Positions 24,601 through 36,863 of a DNA stretch of 64,000 bases are shown in pieces. The translations under genes and the position numbers were made by a program. The stretch is taken from NCBI GenBank assembly GCA_020536535.1, contig JAHLWZ010000511.1, positions 4,735 to 68,734 on the forward strand, given 5' to 3'. This stretch comes from Pelomyxa schiedti (taxonomy: Eukaryota; Protista; Evosea). Positions within the stretch are counted from its first letter, which is position 1, and each line of letters begins with the position of its first letter. The notes beneath the pieces are model-generated. The model searched no databases. It was not told where the DNA came from and saw nothing but the letters and a program-made list of their open reading frames with translations.

Positions 24601-26067
24601 TTAGTATTTGCCTTCTCTGTTGCGCTTCTGGGTGTTGGTGGGAGCAGGGATCATGAGTCTCTTGCACCTTATGGTCCTGGTTATGGTGGTGGGGGTCCCA
24701 CTTCCAGCACTGTCAGCTGCAGCACTAGCAGTGGTAACAGTGGCAGAATTGGGCTCAGTGTTGATTGGGGTACCTGTGTCAACATGCCAGTGGGGAACCC
24801 CCTCTGTGCAACCATCACTGCTCAAACCACTTTCAGAGGCGGTGGCTGCTCGTATTTCCTTCCACTCCAGTTTTCCTTGCCGGTCTTTACTTGGTGTCTT
24901 TGTGATGTGCTGCTTTGATGCAAAGACAGCCTGAAAAAACTGACGTAGACCTGGCCTTTCAAGAACCACTGGGGGCAAATGCTTTTCCTTGACCTTGCCA
25001 TGCAGTTGTGAATACAAACTGCTGAGCGCCCCAGATTCTGCGTAGGTGCAATAGCAGATGTTGAGTTGGAGTGCACTTAACATTGCACCTTTCCACACAT
25101 TGCCTGGTCGTGGACACCCAAGTATATTGGGAAGACCTGTGCTACGGTACAGAGCGTAGCATCCCAAACATGGTCTTTTTGTGCCAGCAACAAGGCCATC
25201 AGGGGATGTCACACACTGCAAAATTTCAATAAACCTTTGCTCTGCATGGATGCCTGGGCGGCCATGAACACAATGCAAAGAGTCAGGATTCAATTGTTGC
25301 AGTGTATCCAAGATGCTAGGAACAACTGGCTGTGAGGGATCAATGGGATTGAATTTATTGTCACATGTTGCAGAGACCGTGAGAGATGGCCCATGTGGTG
25401 TGGCTTTAAAGACTTTGAATATGGCAGCTATGATTCCCATGTCTCTCTCTGATGCACCTTCCCAGTAGCCCTTCCCACTTGAACGTTCTTCGAAGAAGGC
25501 CATAGAACGGTAAAGCTTTTTAAACATGCGGATAAGATCTGATTTGAACCCCCCAATGCCGGGCAAGGTACTATTCCGAACATCCATGCCATCTTGCATT
25601 AGAGTGTAGCCACCACTCTTAATTCCACTGAAAATCGTGTTTGCACCCTTTGTATCATTTGCAGCCAGAAATACATGGTACCTGCTGCTATCAGGGGTTT
25701 CTCCTAACTTCAGAACCATCATCTGGAGTTCATCTTCTTCACAGCCCCACGCGATTTTTGCCCAATATAAAAGAAAAGTGCACATGTGTCGCATGAACTG
25801 GCAGGCTCTTCGGTTTGAATAAGAAGCAGGTGTGCGCTCCACCCTGTCTGATGCCACGTATCGCCCTGGTTGGTCCCTCCCCTTTTCAAAATTATCCACC
25901 ACACTCGCCTTCAGATCTTCCGTCAGGTCCTTTGACAGATACTCACAACTGCGGACACGTTCCTCCAGGGCCGCAATGAGCTTGACCACTGTGTCACTTA
26001 TCACCCTGTCGTCGACCGTATCGTCTACCGTTTCACCTACAGTTGTTTCTCCGTCGCTGTCGTCCAT
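24601..26067 (-). CDS. Zn-dependent deaminase-fold protein (toxin/nucleic-acid deaminase-like), intronless, 488 aa
   Basis: GIHAEQR (~25240) followed by AGTKRPCLGC (~25155-25190), the HxE...PCxxC signature. Confidence 0.75.
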   Translation of the reverse strand: MDDSDGETTVGETVDDTVDDRVISDTVVKLIAALEERVRSCEYLSKDLTEDLKASVVDNFEKGRDQPGRYVASDRVERTPASYSNRRACQFMRHMCTFLLYWAKIAWGCEEDELQMMVLKLGETPDSSRYHVFLAANDTKGANTIFSGIKSGGYTLMQDGMDVRNSTLPGIGGFKSDLIRMFKKLYRSMAFFEERSSGKGYWEGASERDMGIIAAIFKVFKATPHGPSLTVSATCDNKFNPIDPSQPVVPSILDTLQQLNPDSLHCVHGRPGIHAEQRFIEILQCVTSPDGLVAGTKRPCLGCYALYRSTGLPNILGCPRPGNVWKGAMLSALQLNICYCTYAESGALSSLYSQLHGKVKEKHLPPVVLERPGLRQFFQAVFASKQHITKTPSKDRQGKLEWKEIRAATASESGLSSDGCTEGVPHWHVDTGTPINTEPNSATVTTASAAADSAGSGTPTTITRTIRCKRLMIPAPTNTQKRNREGKY

Positions 26068-26216
26068 ATGGCCAATATCGTCCTCTGAGGTTTTTTATTT
26101 TTCCACGTGTTTTCCTGGAGTTTGAACCGAACTACTTTCCTGTGGTTTCGCTTCTATCAGTCCAATCAAATCAAGGGAAATCACAAAAATTTTTTTTTCC
26201 GTGTACGTCAACCCGC

Positions 26217-29200
26217 ATGGACGGAACTGGTAATACTGTAAGCAACAGCGGAGGTACCAGTGCGGCAGCTACCGTAACCGAGGTGGCCACCACTGGAAGG
26301 AAACCGATGCCGGGGGGAGTAAACTGTGGTCCTTTCTTCTTGCAGCTCGCTGCAAGGGTGGAAGAAGTCACCAACAGGGGAGGGGCAACCCCGCTGCAAC
26401 TGGCTGAGTTTATCCAGTTGGTGGTCCCCGGTAGGTTCAGCAGGCACGGCGGAATGCTGTTCCACATGTTTCACAAACTTTTGGAAATACTATGCACTTC
26501 CAGCACCAACAGCGGCACCGGCACCGACAGCACCAGCACGACGAGCAGCAGCGTCAACGCTGCTGTTATTGCTTTCCTGCCATCCAACATCACAGCAGAG
26601 ATCACTGGCCCTGAGCATGTTAGGTTCCTGTTTGACATAGCAGCTGTTCCTTGCACCAACCCCCGCTTTGCACTGCATGTTTTTGCTGACAGGAAGGGCT
26701 TGCAGGTTGCCCTGGGACCAGCAGACCCGGGCAAGTTCTGCCTGGACCTTGGGGATGTGGTGCGTTCAGTGGGGTCCTTAGTTGGTGGGCTGGGACAGGT
26801 GGTCACAGGTGCTGATGCAACTAACCCTGCTGATATACTGCCACAAGAAATCAAAGATTTGCTCTCTAACATCACAGTAACAGACTTCTACATTGGAACC
26901 ACTGAAAAAATGGTGCCTGTATTCAAGCTCACCCTTGAGTACAAGCGCCCACATGAGATCTGGTCACTCAAGCTGGAGAGTATTACTCTCAAATTGTGCA
27001 TTAGGTACTACAATGACACTATATGCTCTGGTGGAAAACTCAAGCTGCAAATGGAGGTTAACCCAAATGAGAAGCTCTTCCTCAGTGCAGCAATTCCAAG
27101 TCTCAGTGGGCCCTGGGTGTTCCGGGTGAGGTCCCACTGGGAATATCCAGTAAACTTTGGAAGTCTAGTTGCAGGTCTCATAACTGACAAAGATCTGCCT
27201 GGTTGGATAACAAAAAGGCTGCCAGAGATAAGTGACATCAAAGGAAAGCTGGTTGTTGGTGGGGGCACTCCCTTTAGCTTTTATTTTAGCATAACCAACA
27301 TGAGGACTCCCTGGCAACCAATAAAGCCTGATGAGATTGGTGGTTCTAGCGTTTTATTGCGCAATTTTGGACTCACTGTGGGGAGGCGTAACAGCAGGTT
27401 CCACCTTGCATTTGCAGCTTTTTTGGATATTGGAGACATCTCCATCCCCCTTATCTTCAGTTCCAGTGCATCTGGCCAGCTCCAGCTCTGCTTGGTTTCT
27501 GGTGACGAGCCCTTCAAGATAAATGATCTGGGGGACCTCACATTGCCTGGTGGGCAGAAGGTTGGAAGCCTGGCTGGCATAGAAGACATTTTAGACTGGT
27601 TTCAGGAGCTGGACATCAGTATTGACACCTTCCAGCTCAATGTGATCCCGTTTACTGTCAAGTCCTTTGAGTTCCAGGTCAGCAGTCATGGAACAAAGAC
27701 AATCTGGGACTACCTGACAATTTCAAACATGCTCTGGCAGCTTCAGGTCGACTCCCCCTTCGATGGCACAGCACGGAAAGTCAGATGGAATGCCAGCATT
27801 TCCTTGTCCATTCCTGGAGTCAAGTCCTTGGTGCTGGCGGGCTCTTGCACTGACAAGGGGTGTACAGTGCGAGGTTCAATTGAGGAACTGTCTATTGTGG
27901 ATCTCCTTGAAGGCTTTGGGCTGCCCTCACTTGACAATTTGGGGTTTGATGTTCGGGCAATCACAACTTTTAGGAAGATCTCTGCTCAGTTCTCCTTTGG
28001 AGGCCCTACAACACAAAGGGTTTTTTCTCTCAAAGGAGAACTTGGTGGCATTGTTTTCCAATTCAAAAGGGCATACTCTACTGCAGGAACCCACACCTCC
28101 ATATCATTCAATCGAATTGAGAGGCTTCTTCTGTTGGTTAACCTGTCACTGGAAGATTTAGAAGTTAACCTCAAGTACACATCAGGAAAGCACTCAGCAT
28201 GGAGCCTTCAAGGTTGCCTGCACATGGTGAGCCCTCACAGTGTGATATTGACAAACCTCGCGGAATACATGCATTTCACTGAAGATCCGAAAGTGGTCAT
28301 TGAGTACACCAATGGCAGTGTTTCCATCAGGCCAAAGGTGGTACCACCATCAATTAAGCTCCTTAAGGGTAGTGTTGTTATAAGGGATATCGACTTGCAG
28401 CTGAACCCAACAACCCCATCAGTTTCACTGTCATGCAAGCTTGACCTCAAAACCCTGCAGGACCTCATCAAGTGTGATCTCAGCTTTCATGGTTCTGCCA
28501 AGGTGTCTCTGAGACAACCCATCTTCAGGGGGGAATTTGGCCTGCAGAGCGACTGTGGTGTCAGGCTTCTGAAGGGACTGTGGTTCAAGGAGTTGTTTTT
28601 GTCAATCGAAGATGAAACTGTTGGCTTCAAAGGAGCAATGACTGTGGGAAAACCTCCAGAAGAGGCATCGGAGCTGGACAAGATTGAAGTGTCTGCCCTG
28701 ATTGGGCCTGAGCTGATAGACACTGTATTCAAGGGTATGTTCCCCCCTGGTGTACCCTTGACGATCCCTGACTGCTTGGACAAGTTCACTGAGGGGGAAT
28801 TCCAGATTCATGATCCACTGAAGGGGATCATGTCCCCATGCATACTGTCTGGATACTGTGAGCAAGACATACGTGAATTCTTTTTGTCTGCCAGTAAACT
28901 TGGAGTGGCGGTGCTGCCATCCAGCACTGACTGCCCACTTCCACCAATCATTGTGCAATTGTGGAATCAGGTGCGGCAGCCCAAGCAAGGCAGTGCAGAA
29001 TGTAGGCCTCTTGACAGGCCCTTGTTGGTGGAATTCAAGCCAAAGGAATTGAAGTTTGGTTTGTGCTGCAAGCTTGAGATCCCCCTGTTCCACTTCAAGG
29101 CAATTGTGGATGTCACTTTTGGATTGGAGTATGGCTTGAGTGCAAAGGGGTTCATGTGGCCCCTGCGTGTGCCTCACAGTAATATTGGTCCAATTCCAGC

Positions 29201-32200
29201 AGGTTCTTTGCTGGAGATCACAGATTACCATCAAATTATGGGACCTTATATTTCACTCCAGCTTCCCGGCTTGCTTACATTCTTCAAACCTGCAGCACTT
29301 GAGACCACAGGACTAGCATTCAGTGGTCGTGTTAGACTGTTCAATTGCCTGGAGTCAAGCATCTTTGGGAGGCTTGATAGAGATGGCCTTATCTTTGACT
29401 TCAGGCTGCAGCTGGACAACTGGGCACACACATACCATATACTGGATACCAGAATCTACATCCGAGTAGGCAGCAATGGATTCACATTCAAGACACACAT
29501 TGCCATCAATGTGGACACAGATAAAATGGACCTGGGTCCCCTCAATCACCTCAAGTATCTCATTCCCTCATTCTTTGCCAGTGCCAGTGTTGAATGCTCT
29601 TCAAGCTTCACTGAAGGTAATTCTGTTTTGAGGGTGAACGTGCAGCTCAACTTCCTATCATTCCATGTTGAGTTCAACCTGGACTGTGAGGCCCTCTCCT
29701 TTAGGGACATCCCAAAGGCCATTTTGTTAGAGCTTCCAAAGCAACTGTACCGCCAGGCAAAAAATATTCTGGCTGGCCTGGCAACACAACTGGGGGATGC
29801 TGTTGTGTCTTTTATTGATAGAGTGAAATCTCTTGTGGAGGAAGGTCCAAACCTGCTGCAGAGAGGAATCGCTAAAATCTTGGGGCTTGACAACAACAGC
29901 AAAAGGCTCAGGGAGATAGACTTACAGATCATCCAACAGATCCAATGCATAAGGGAAGCAGTGAAAACACAGCAGCGGGACCTTGCTGAGAGCCGCCTTG
30001 AGTTTGCAAATACAAGGTATATGGCTGAACAAAACCAGCAAGACATTGCAGAACTTAAAAGAGAAATGGAAGGAAAAGTAGATTCACTGAATCAGCGCAT
30101 TAACGAAACCAACAGTAAGCTCCAAGCAGAAATCACAAAAAACACCAAGGCACTCCAGGACCTCCAGTGTGAGATGCTTGAGCTGCACAAGCAGACAATG
30201 GGAGAAATGAAAAAGAAGTTCAGCCAACTGGTGCACCGCATTGAAGTTGTGGACTTCAACTCACTGTGCATGAACCTTGAGTACCAGCTGACAGGGATAC
30301 GAGGCCCATGCCTGCAGCTGCTAAACAACATTGATGACCCAGATTATTTTTCTCGGCAGAGGCCCTTCCTGGAAAACATGACAACACAAATAATGCAGCT
30401 GTCAGCATCCCTCCTGGGAGCATGCTTGGGTGGCAAGCAAAAGTCTCTCTTTGAACGGTATTATGACCTAATGCTGATGCAAAAAAGCACAGCAGCCATT
30501 GAATCAATAACTGAGAGGTACCAAGACATCATCCAGTACCTCGTGCAGCACATGAAGATGGCACAGCTTATGGAGTTTCTCAGCCGATTTCCTCGTGTGG
30601 AAGATGCTCTTCATCAGCTGCCCTCTGGCCACAAACTCAACTCCCACCTGGTATTGGTTGTTGCAGAGGCCCATGGGTTCAAATACATCAAGCATGGGGT
30701 GAACAGAGGGATTTTAAAACTGGAATCTGCTCCAATGGGAGTTACAGGGGTAGTCTCTGGGAGGTTGGATTTCATGGGTACCCCAGAAGACAGGAAAGAG
30801 CGGGATACCTTTGTGGGGGGGATGAAAACCACAGAGAACAACATAGAAGAAGAAACCCATGCACTGTGCTTGCGCCACAGCTCAGGGTCCTGCTTGGTGG
30901 GTGGCAGCACTCCTCCTGATCCAGGGGCCCTCTCTGCCAATTTGAAGGTTCAGCTGGAGGAACTCACGTACCAGTGGGACATGCAACTAAAGCCCCTGTC
31001 CGCGGAAATGGAGAATGTGATGTTGCATGGAAAGGGCACACTCACCTTTTCAAACAAGAATGAGTTCCGAGGTGTCTGGGACAGCAACCAGGTGCAAGGC
31101 GAAGGCGCCTACTTCTTTGCTGGCTCCTGTGACCCAGTCTGGCAGGGCTACTGGTCCCAGAAGTCTGCAAATAATGCCAAAGGGGAAGTGGAGATGGAAA
31201 TCAAGTTCAAGTTGCATCCGTTCTTTGGGAATGGTGTGTTCCGGGGCACCTGCTCCAACATGCTTCTCCCAAATGGAAAAGGAACAATTGAATTCGGCGG
31301 AAACAGCTACATGGGCATGCTGGAATCTGGACATTTGCATGGGGAGGGGCAGATGCACTGGGCAAATGGAACCACATACACAGGGAGCTGGGAGAACAAC
31401 CAGAGGAGGGGAAAAGGTAAAGCATGCTTTCCTGATGGTCGCTGCTATGATGGAGACTGGCTGGAGGATAAGCCTCATGGTTATGGAGCACTATACTGGC
31501 CAAGTGGTGACTTTTTCCAGGGTGAATTTCAGAATGGCTGCAGGAGTGGACAAGGCACGCTGTGCTTCCATGGTGACGGCCACTACCAGGGGGATTGGGT
31601 GGCAGACCAGATGCATGGACATGGTGAACGGGTCTGGGGTAATGGCATTGCATATGTGGGCAATTGGGACCACGGGCTTGCATCTTGCATAACAGATGAA
31701 AAGCTTCAAAGCCTTTTGTCTTGTTATGAGGATATGAAAACCACTGTTTTGGAGGGGAAGCTCAGCGAAAGTAACAAGAACCTCGCTAATGCGCTGGATA
31801 GCAAACAGTTCGACCTTGTGGAGGGATTCCTGGAAGCGGGTCCGACACAAAAGAAGAACATTGGCCAAGTGCAAGCCTGGGTGTCAAGGAAAATGGAAGA
31901 GCTTAAGCAAGCAGTGCAGTGGTGGCTACCACTTGAGCAGAATGCTGCCGCCAATGCAGCATCAATTGCTGATTTATTCAAGTCACTTCAGATGGTGTGT
32001 AACTTCCTGCAAGGAACCCCTGAGAGCCCAAGGGCGGCACCAGTAATTATAGCTAAGTTCAAAAGTGACCTTGGTAATTTACAGCGTATTGTGAATGACG
32101 TCATTGGTGCAACTATTAATCAAGTGCAAGGACTCAGCAAACAAGGTTTTTCATTTTTATTTGTCTCTTGGCTTAAATTTTTGTGATATTCAGGGCGTGT

Positions 32201-34341
32201 GGCAAAGGCAATTGAACATGTGAAAGTTCTGAAGCAGGTCCAACTCTCTCTGACAGTGGCGAACGTCTTGCAAGAGCCAGGGATAGCTGCTCTACGTACC
32301 CTTCTGGATGATTTTCTGGATGAAACGAAGTTGCTGGACGAAAAGATAAATGAGGCAACACAGAATGGCATCGACTGTGCCAAAATCAACCTGTTGTTTG
32401 GCACTGCGGGAGGTGAACAGGTGAAGCAAAGGGTGGCCGATGTGGTAAAAATGAAGTGCAGCGCAATTGAGGAGCGGCCAGGAGCGGAGTTCGAACTGGA
32501 GGATCTGGCAGGTTCACTGCTAACACTGAAGCCGGAGCTTTTGAGCTCCATCAATGCTGTTATTGGCAAAGCTAAAGACCGCATGAGGAAGAACAATGAA
32601 AACCGGGAGCGGGTTGTGCTTTCTCTGTTCAACGATAGATATGCAGAAGGGGTGCAAAGAGAACTCCTGAAGCTCAAAAAGGAATGGGACAAGAGTGTCT
32701 ATGATAAACTGATTCTTGATCTGACTGGATCCTTCAACCAACTGTGTGTGGACAGGGCAAGCGTGTCCCCAAGTTCGTTTGAGTTCCTCTGGAAGGCCTC
32801 CAGTCTGATACAAGACCTCCCTTCCTCTGAGTTCACAAAGCTCTGCCAAGAGTTTCTGAGTATTTCCCTTGATATGATAAAAAAGATCCAGAAGGAAACG
32901 GAACCCATAGTCACCGCCGAATTCAACAAAGTTGCTTGCTTGCCAGGGCCCAAACAATCACAGCTCACTGGATTGGGACTTGTGCTCTTCATATTGCCGT
33001 ATTGTACCAGACAGGATGGTATATTTTCAGGGGATCCCCTTCGAGAGAAAGCTTCCAGCATGGTTAGAGAGTGTACCGCCCTGATGGAAGCCATAAAGAA
33101 CCAGGCTGAGAAACTCCACAATGCTTTCCATTCTTCTCTAAGTTGCGGCAACTTCTTGGAGGTTACAACCGTCCTGCCTGATATAAAGAGGTTGGAGTTG
33201 GGTCACAAGTGTCTGCAACCACTGGTAGCCCAGCTCCAGTTGAATCACCCTGCTTTTCCCACGTTCCAGGAATCTTGCAATAAAGCCAAGGAACAACTCG
33301 CCAAGATGTCTGCTGAATGCGATTATAAACTGGATGTTCACACTCCTGCCAGCTTTGCAGAAGTTGAAGTGATCTGGAAATCTGAAGCTGCAGTGCATCA
33401 CCTGTTCAAGGAGGTACCTGAAACCACAGTCGAGTTTGAGATAAAGCAAAAGGTGACGAAGTTTTTCAATGAAAGGCACGCAACTGCTCTGAACCTATGG
33501 GATGCAGAGCCCAGGAATTATGCAGCAATAAACGAACTCCTGGTTCTCTTCATAAACGGCAGGTCTCTCTGTGGCACTTTGAACATTGGACCTCCCCAAC
33601 AATTCATGGAAAAAGTGCTGGAGGGAGTAAGGACCGCTGCACTGCCACCTGTGCCAGATCCAAGCGAAGTTGCGAACATGCTTCGTGACGTTTCGACCCA
33701 CAGCTGCTTCACGATAATGTGTGTGGACGAGTCTGGCTCAATGGACAGAGATCCCTGGATTTCCCTGAAGACCGCTGTCGAAGCCTTTTGCACCCGGCGC
33801 ATCTCACAATGCGCACAAGCTTGTCTCCCTTGTGAAGATAGGGTCTGGGTGATTGGGTACACAGATAGTGCCTTCCACCGAATACCAAGTTCACTCGAGG
33901 CAGAACCTGAACGTCTTGTTTCCGGACTTAGTTCCCGCCTCACTCACTTTGATGGTGGGATGGCGTCTTTCCAAGCTCCACTTACTGCTGTCAAGCAAGT
34001 ATTGGATGGTCCAGGCAATTGGAGGTTCATCAGGCCTCCTCTTTTTTCCCCCTCAACTCACTGTTGGAAATAGGCCTGTTGCGGATATGATGAAAGTGCT
34101 TCTGTTCACGACTTATAGCAAGTGTGACGACGGTGATGCCGAAATGCAAAAGCTGTACAACGCACACCCAGACTTGAAGGTGTTTGTTGTTGGATTTGGG
34201 GAGGGGTGTGATGCCGAAAGGCTCAAAAGTCTGGCTGCACAAGGTCATGGCTCCTACTTCGCCGGACTAGACTCGGCAGCACTTATGAGAGTGTTTGACA
34301 CTTTGGCTACTGCTATCTCTGCCCCGGTGATGTTTGCTTGA
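26217..34341 (+). CDS. Giant ~2675-aa protein: long beta-rich region, coiled coil, MORN repeats, helical region, C-terminal vWA domain
   Basis: Exons 26217-32145, 32194-34024 and 34074-34341 join in frame via 48- and 49-nt GT-AG introns; repeats of YxGxWxxxxxxGxG (~31020-31680); MIDAS motif VDESGSM (~33722); VFVVGFG..LKSLA..G.YF vWA tail. Confidence 0.88.
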
Positions 34342-34386
34342 AGTTACTTATTTGAACCCCTTAACTAATTTCAAATTTAGGGTTGT

Positions 34387-35763
34387 ATGTTCAAAATTGA
34401 GGGTAGTGACTGCTATGTAGGACAATCCTGTCCAATTCCTTTTCATCCATTCCGGCTGGATGTACAACCAAACGTAAGCGGAGGCATGACTTCACCACCA
34501 GAAAAGATGACACATGGCGAGACTTGCTTTGACGGAGCATCCCTCTTGCCAATAGGTTCTTATTTCATTTGTTAACTATCGTTGAGCTTAACACTTATTC
34601 TTATTGATTTTTGGGTGGAGAAACTGCTTGGCACCGGCTCAAATGCTGCTGTGTTCGAAGTGAAATTCCAAACCACAACATACAACTACAGCCTAACCCG
34701 TTCCCCATCATCATTGACTTCGTGTGCGAATGCCTGTGCTTCAGATTCTACAGCAGCAAAAACAAGAGACATGGTGATGAAGATCATTTTCAACTGGGAG
34801 AACGCACCCCAGCAGGCATTGTTGCAGAGCAAATACATGACTGAGTGTATTATCCTCTCATTGGTTCCGGATCACCCAAACGTGATCCACCCTCTTGGTG
34901 CTTTGGTCATCCCTTGGTATTTCCCCTCTTGCAAAATGGTACCTTTTTTCAACTCCGCCACAGCCTGCCAGCTGAGTTTGTGGAGAAAATACCAAGTGAC
35001 AAAATGTATTTCAGGGAGAAACTGGCCAACAACAAGTCATTGGCCATCGTGATGCCCCATTGTGGGATCACCTTGTCATCGTTCTTCTCGTCATCATCCT
35101 CCAGCAACAATTTGACGGTTGAAGGTGCATGGAATCTGTTTTTTCAAGGACTCCGTGCCATCTGTCACATCGAGTCACATTTCGTCGTTCACAGGTTTGT
35201 TCCCAATTCCCACTCGATGACCAACACTGTAACAAAAACACAGGGACATAAAGGGAGACAACATTCTCATTGATCCAGAGACTGGAAAGCTGACACTGAT
35301 CGACTTTGGTGAGTCTCAGCACTGCCCAAACATGGAGGTACATCTGTCGGCCATGTCACTACCATGGGGAAACACTGGCACGATGCCACCAGAGCTGAGC
35401 GTTTTTCTCAAGAGGATCACAAGGGGAACAAGTGGTGTGTTCTCATACTCAAAGTGTGACTCCTTTGCACTCGCCCTCACCTTCTGGAATGCCCTTCTGC
35501 CACAGGCCCACAGGTTCATTGGGAGTTCAATGAACCACGACATGAGCACGTTCAACACACAGTCACTTCTCAGCCACTTCCCAGTGCCTTTGTTTTCTTT
35601 GGCAAGGTCACACCCACAACAACAGGCGAGGGAATCACCACAACAACAAACACGACAACACCAACATGACAGCGTGCTCGAGTCAGTGATGATTGGGATG
35701 ATGAACCCTGACAAAGCAGCCAGGCTCGGTGCTGCTGATGCCATCCATGAACTCACTTCTTAG
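34387..35763 (+). CDS. Ser/Thr protein kinase, multi-exon; 5' boundary uncertain
   Basis: LGTGSNAAV, VMK, HPNVI, HR|DIKGDNIL, DFG, GNTGTMPPE and KCDSFAL subdomain motifs. Confidence 0.88.
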
Positions 35764-35982
35764 AAGATCGTCAATTCATGATTGCCACTCTTTTTGTTCC
35801 ACAACAGACATGCCAGTAAATTGGTCCCCTTTGTGAAATCGTCCAACTCCTTCACTCGTGAGTGAAAACGCTCCATATCCGCTGTTGTTGTTACAATGCT
35901 GTTACGTCCGAATCGATCACCACGCTTATTCTTTGAATTCGATGTGTACCAAGTCCCCAAGATAATTAAAAAGGAAACCGTC

Positions 35983-36760
35983 ATGGTGCGAGCTGTTGCA
36001 ATATACTCCAAAGACGTCTCCAAAACAGCTCCAATCGAACTCACACCAACATGGACATTCAATGAGCTTGCGAGGGCTATTTCCTCACAGCTGGGCTGGC
36101 AAGTGGGTTCGGTTTATTTTGGAAAACGCAAAAGGTTGTTTTCTACCACCACTGTTGAAAAGACTTTAGCAGAGTACCACCTTGCAAATGATGAAACAAT
36201 GCTGTGTGTTGTCCTCGAATGTGACGGAGGTCGAGCTCAGATTAGTTTTTCCTCAGTGCCTAAGATTCCCAGGTGTCGGTTTTGGCTTCTCCACAATGAA
36301 GACCATTAAGACCTGTTCATGGCAGCCTGCTCCCAAGTGGCGTAACCATATACCTGGTAATCTATTCCATTATCTTGATGTAAAGCTTATCAAGCCAAAG
36401 GTTTGAATCTGGAGGGAACATGTGCGTCACCCCTGTCTCAATGTGAGGCCTCAGGAAAGAGGGTCATTGTACCTTGTGGTCTGGGCACGTTTGACATTGG
36501 GGAATGCTCCTCTGAGGCAAAATGCCCTATCTGTCATCAGTCTCTTGTTGTTGAATCGGTGGATAACTGTGCTGTGAACAACTGGTGCGTGTCACGCAAA
36601 TACTTGAGAAAACTAACTTGTGATAAGTCATTGGCAATACATTGGATCTACCAAAGGCCGGCGACAGGAAGATAGTGGAACAGTAGGAAATGAATGTGGT
36701 TGGTTTCCAACTGACACTGTTCAGTGGAGCTACCTCAAGATCACAACAAGAAGCTGCTAG
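35983..36760 (+). CDS. Ubiquitin-like domain (ending LECDGG) fused to a Cys-rich Zn-binding domain; 4 exons
   Basis: Ubl pattern T..ELARAIS..KTLAEYHL....L.VVL..GG; introns 36230-36272, 36357-36400 and ~36585-36628; then APKWR..GLNLEGTC..C..GLGTFD..CPIC..NNCHW..WSYLKITT. Confidence 0.75.
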
Positions 36761-36863
36761 AGTCACAGTTAGCTGCACCAAGTCTAACCCCAATAACTCT
36801 CTGAAACGCTCCTGGAGCGAAGGTGTCTCAGACAATTTTATTTTTATTACAGTGACACCTGGG

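Noticed and set aside
24580-24918. Plus-strand ORF with a signal-peptide-like start, antisense to the deaminase tail
   Set aside because: Fully overlaps a longer motif-bearing ORF; no independent support
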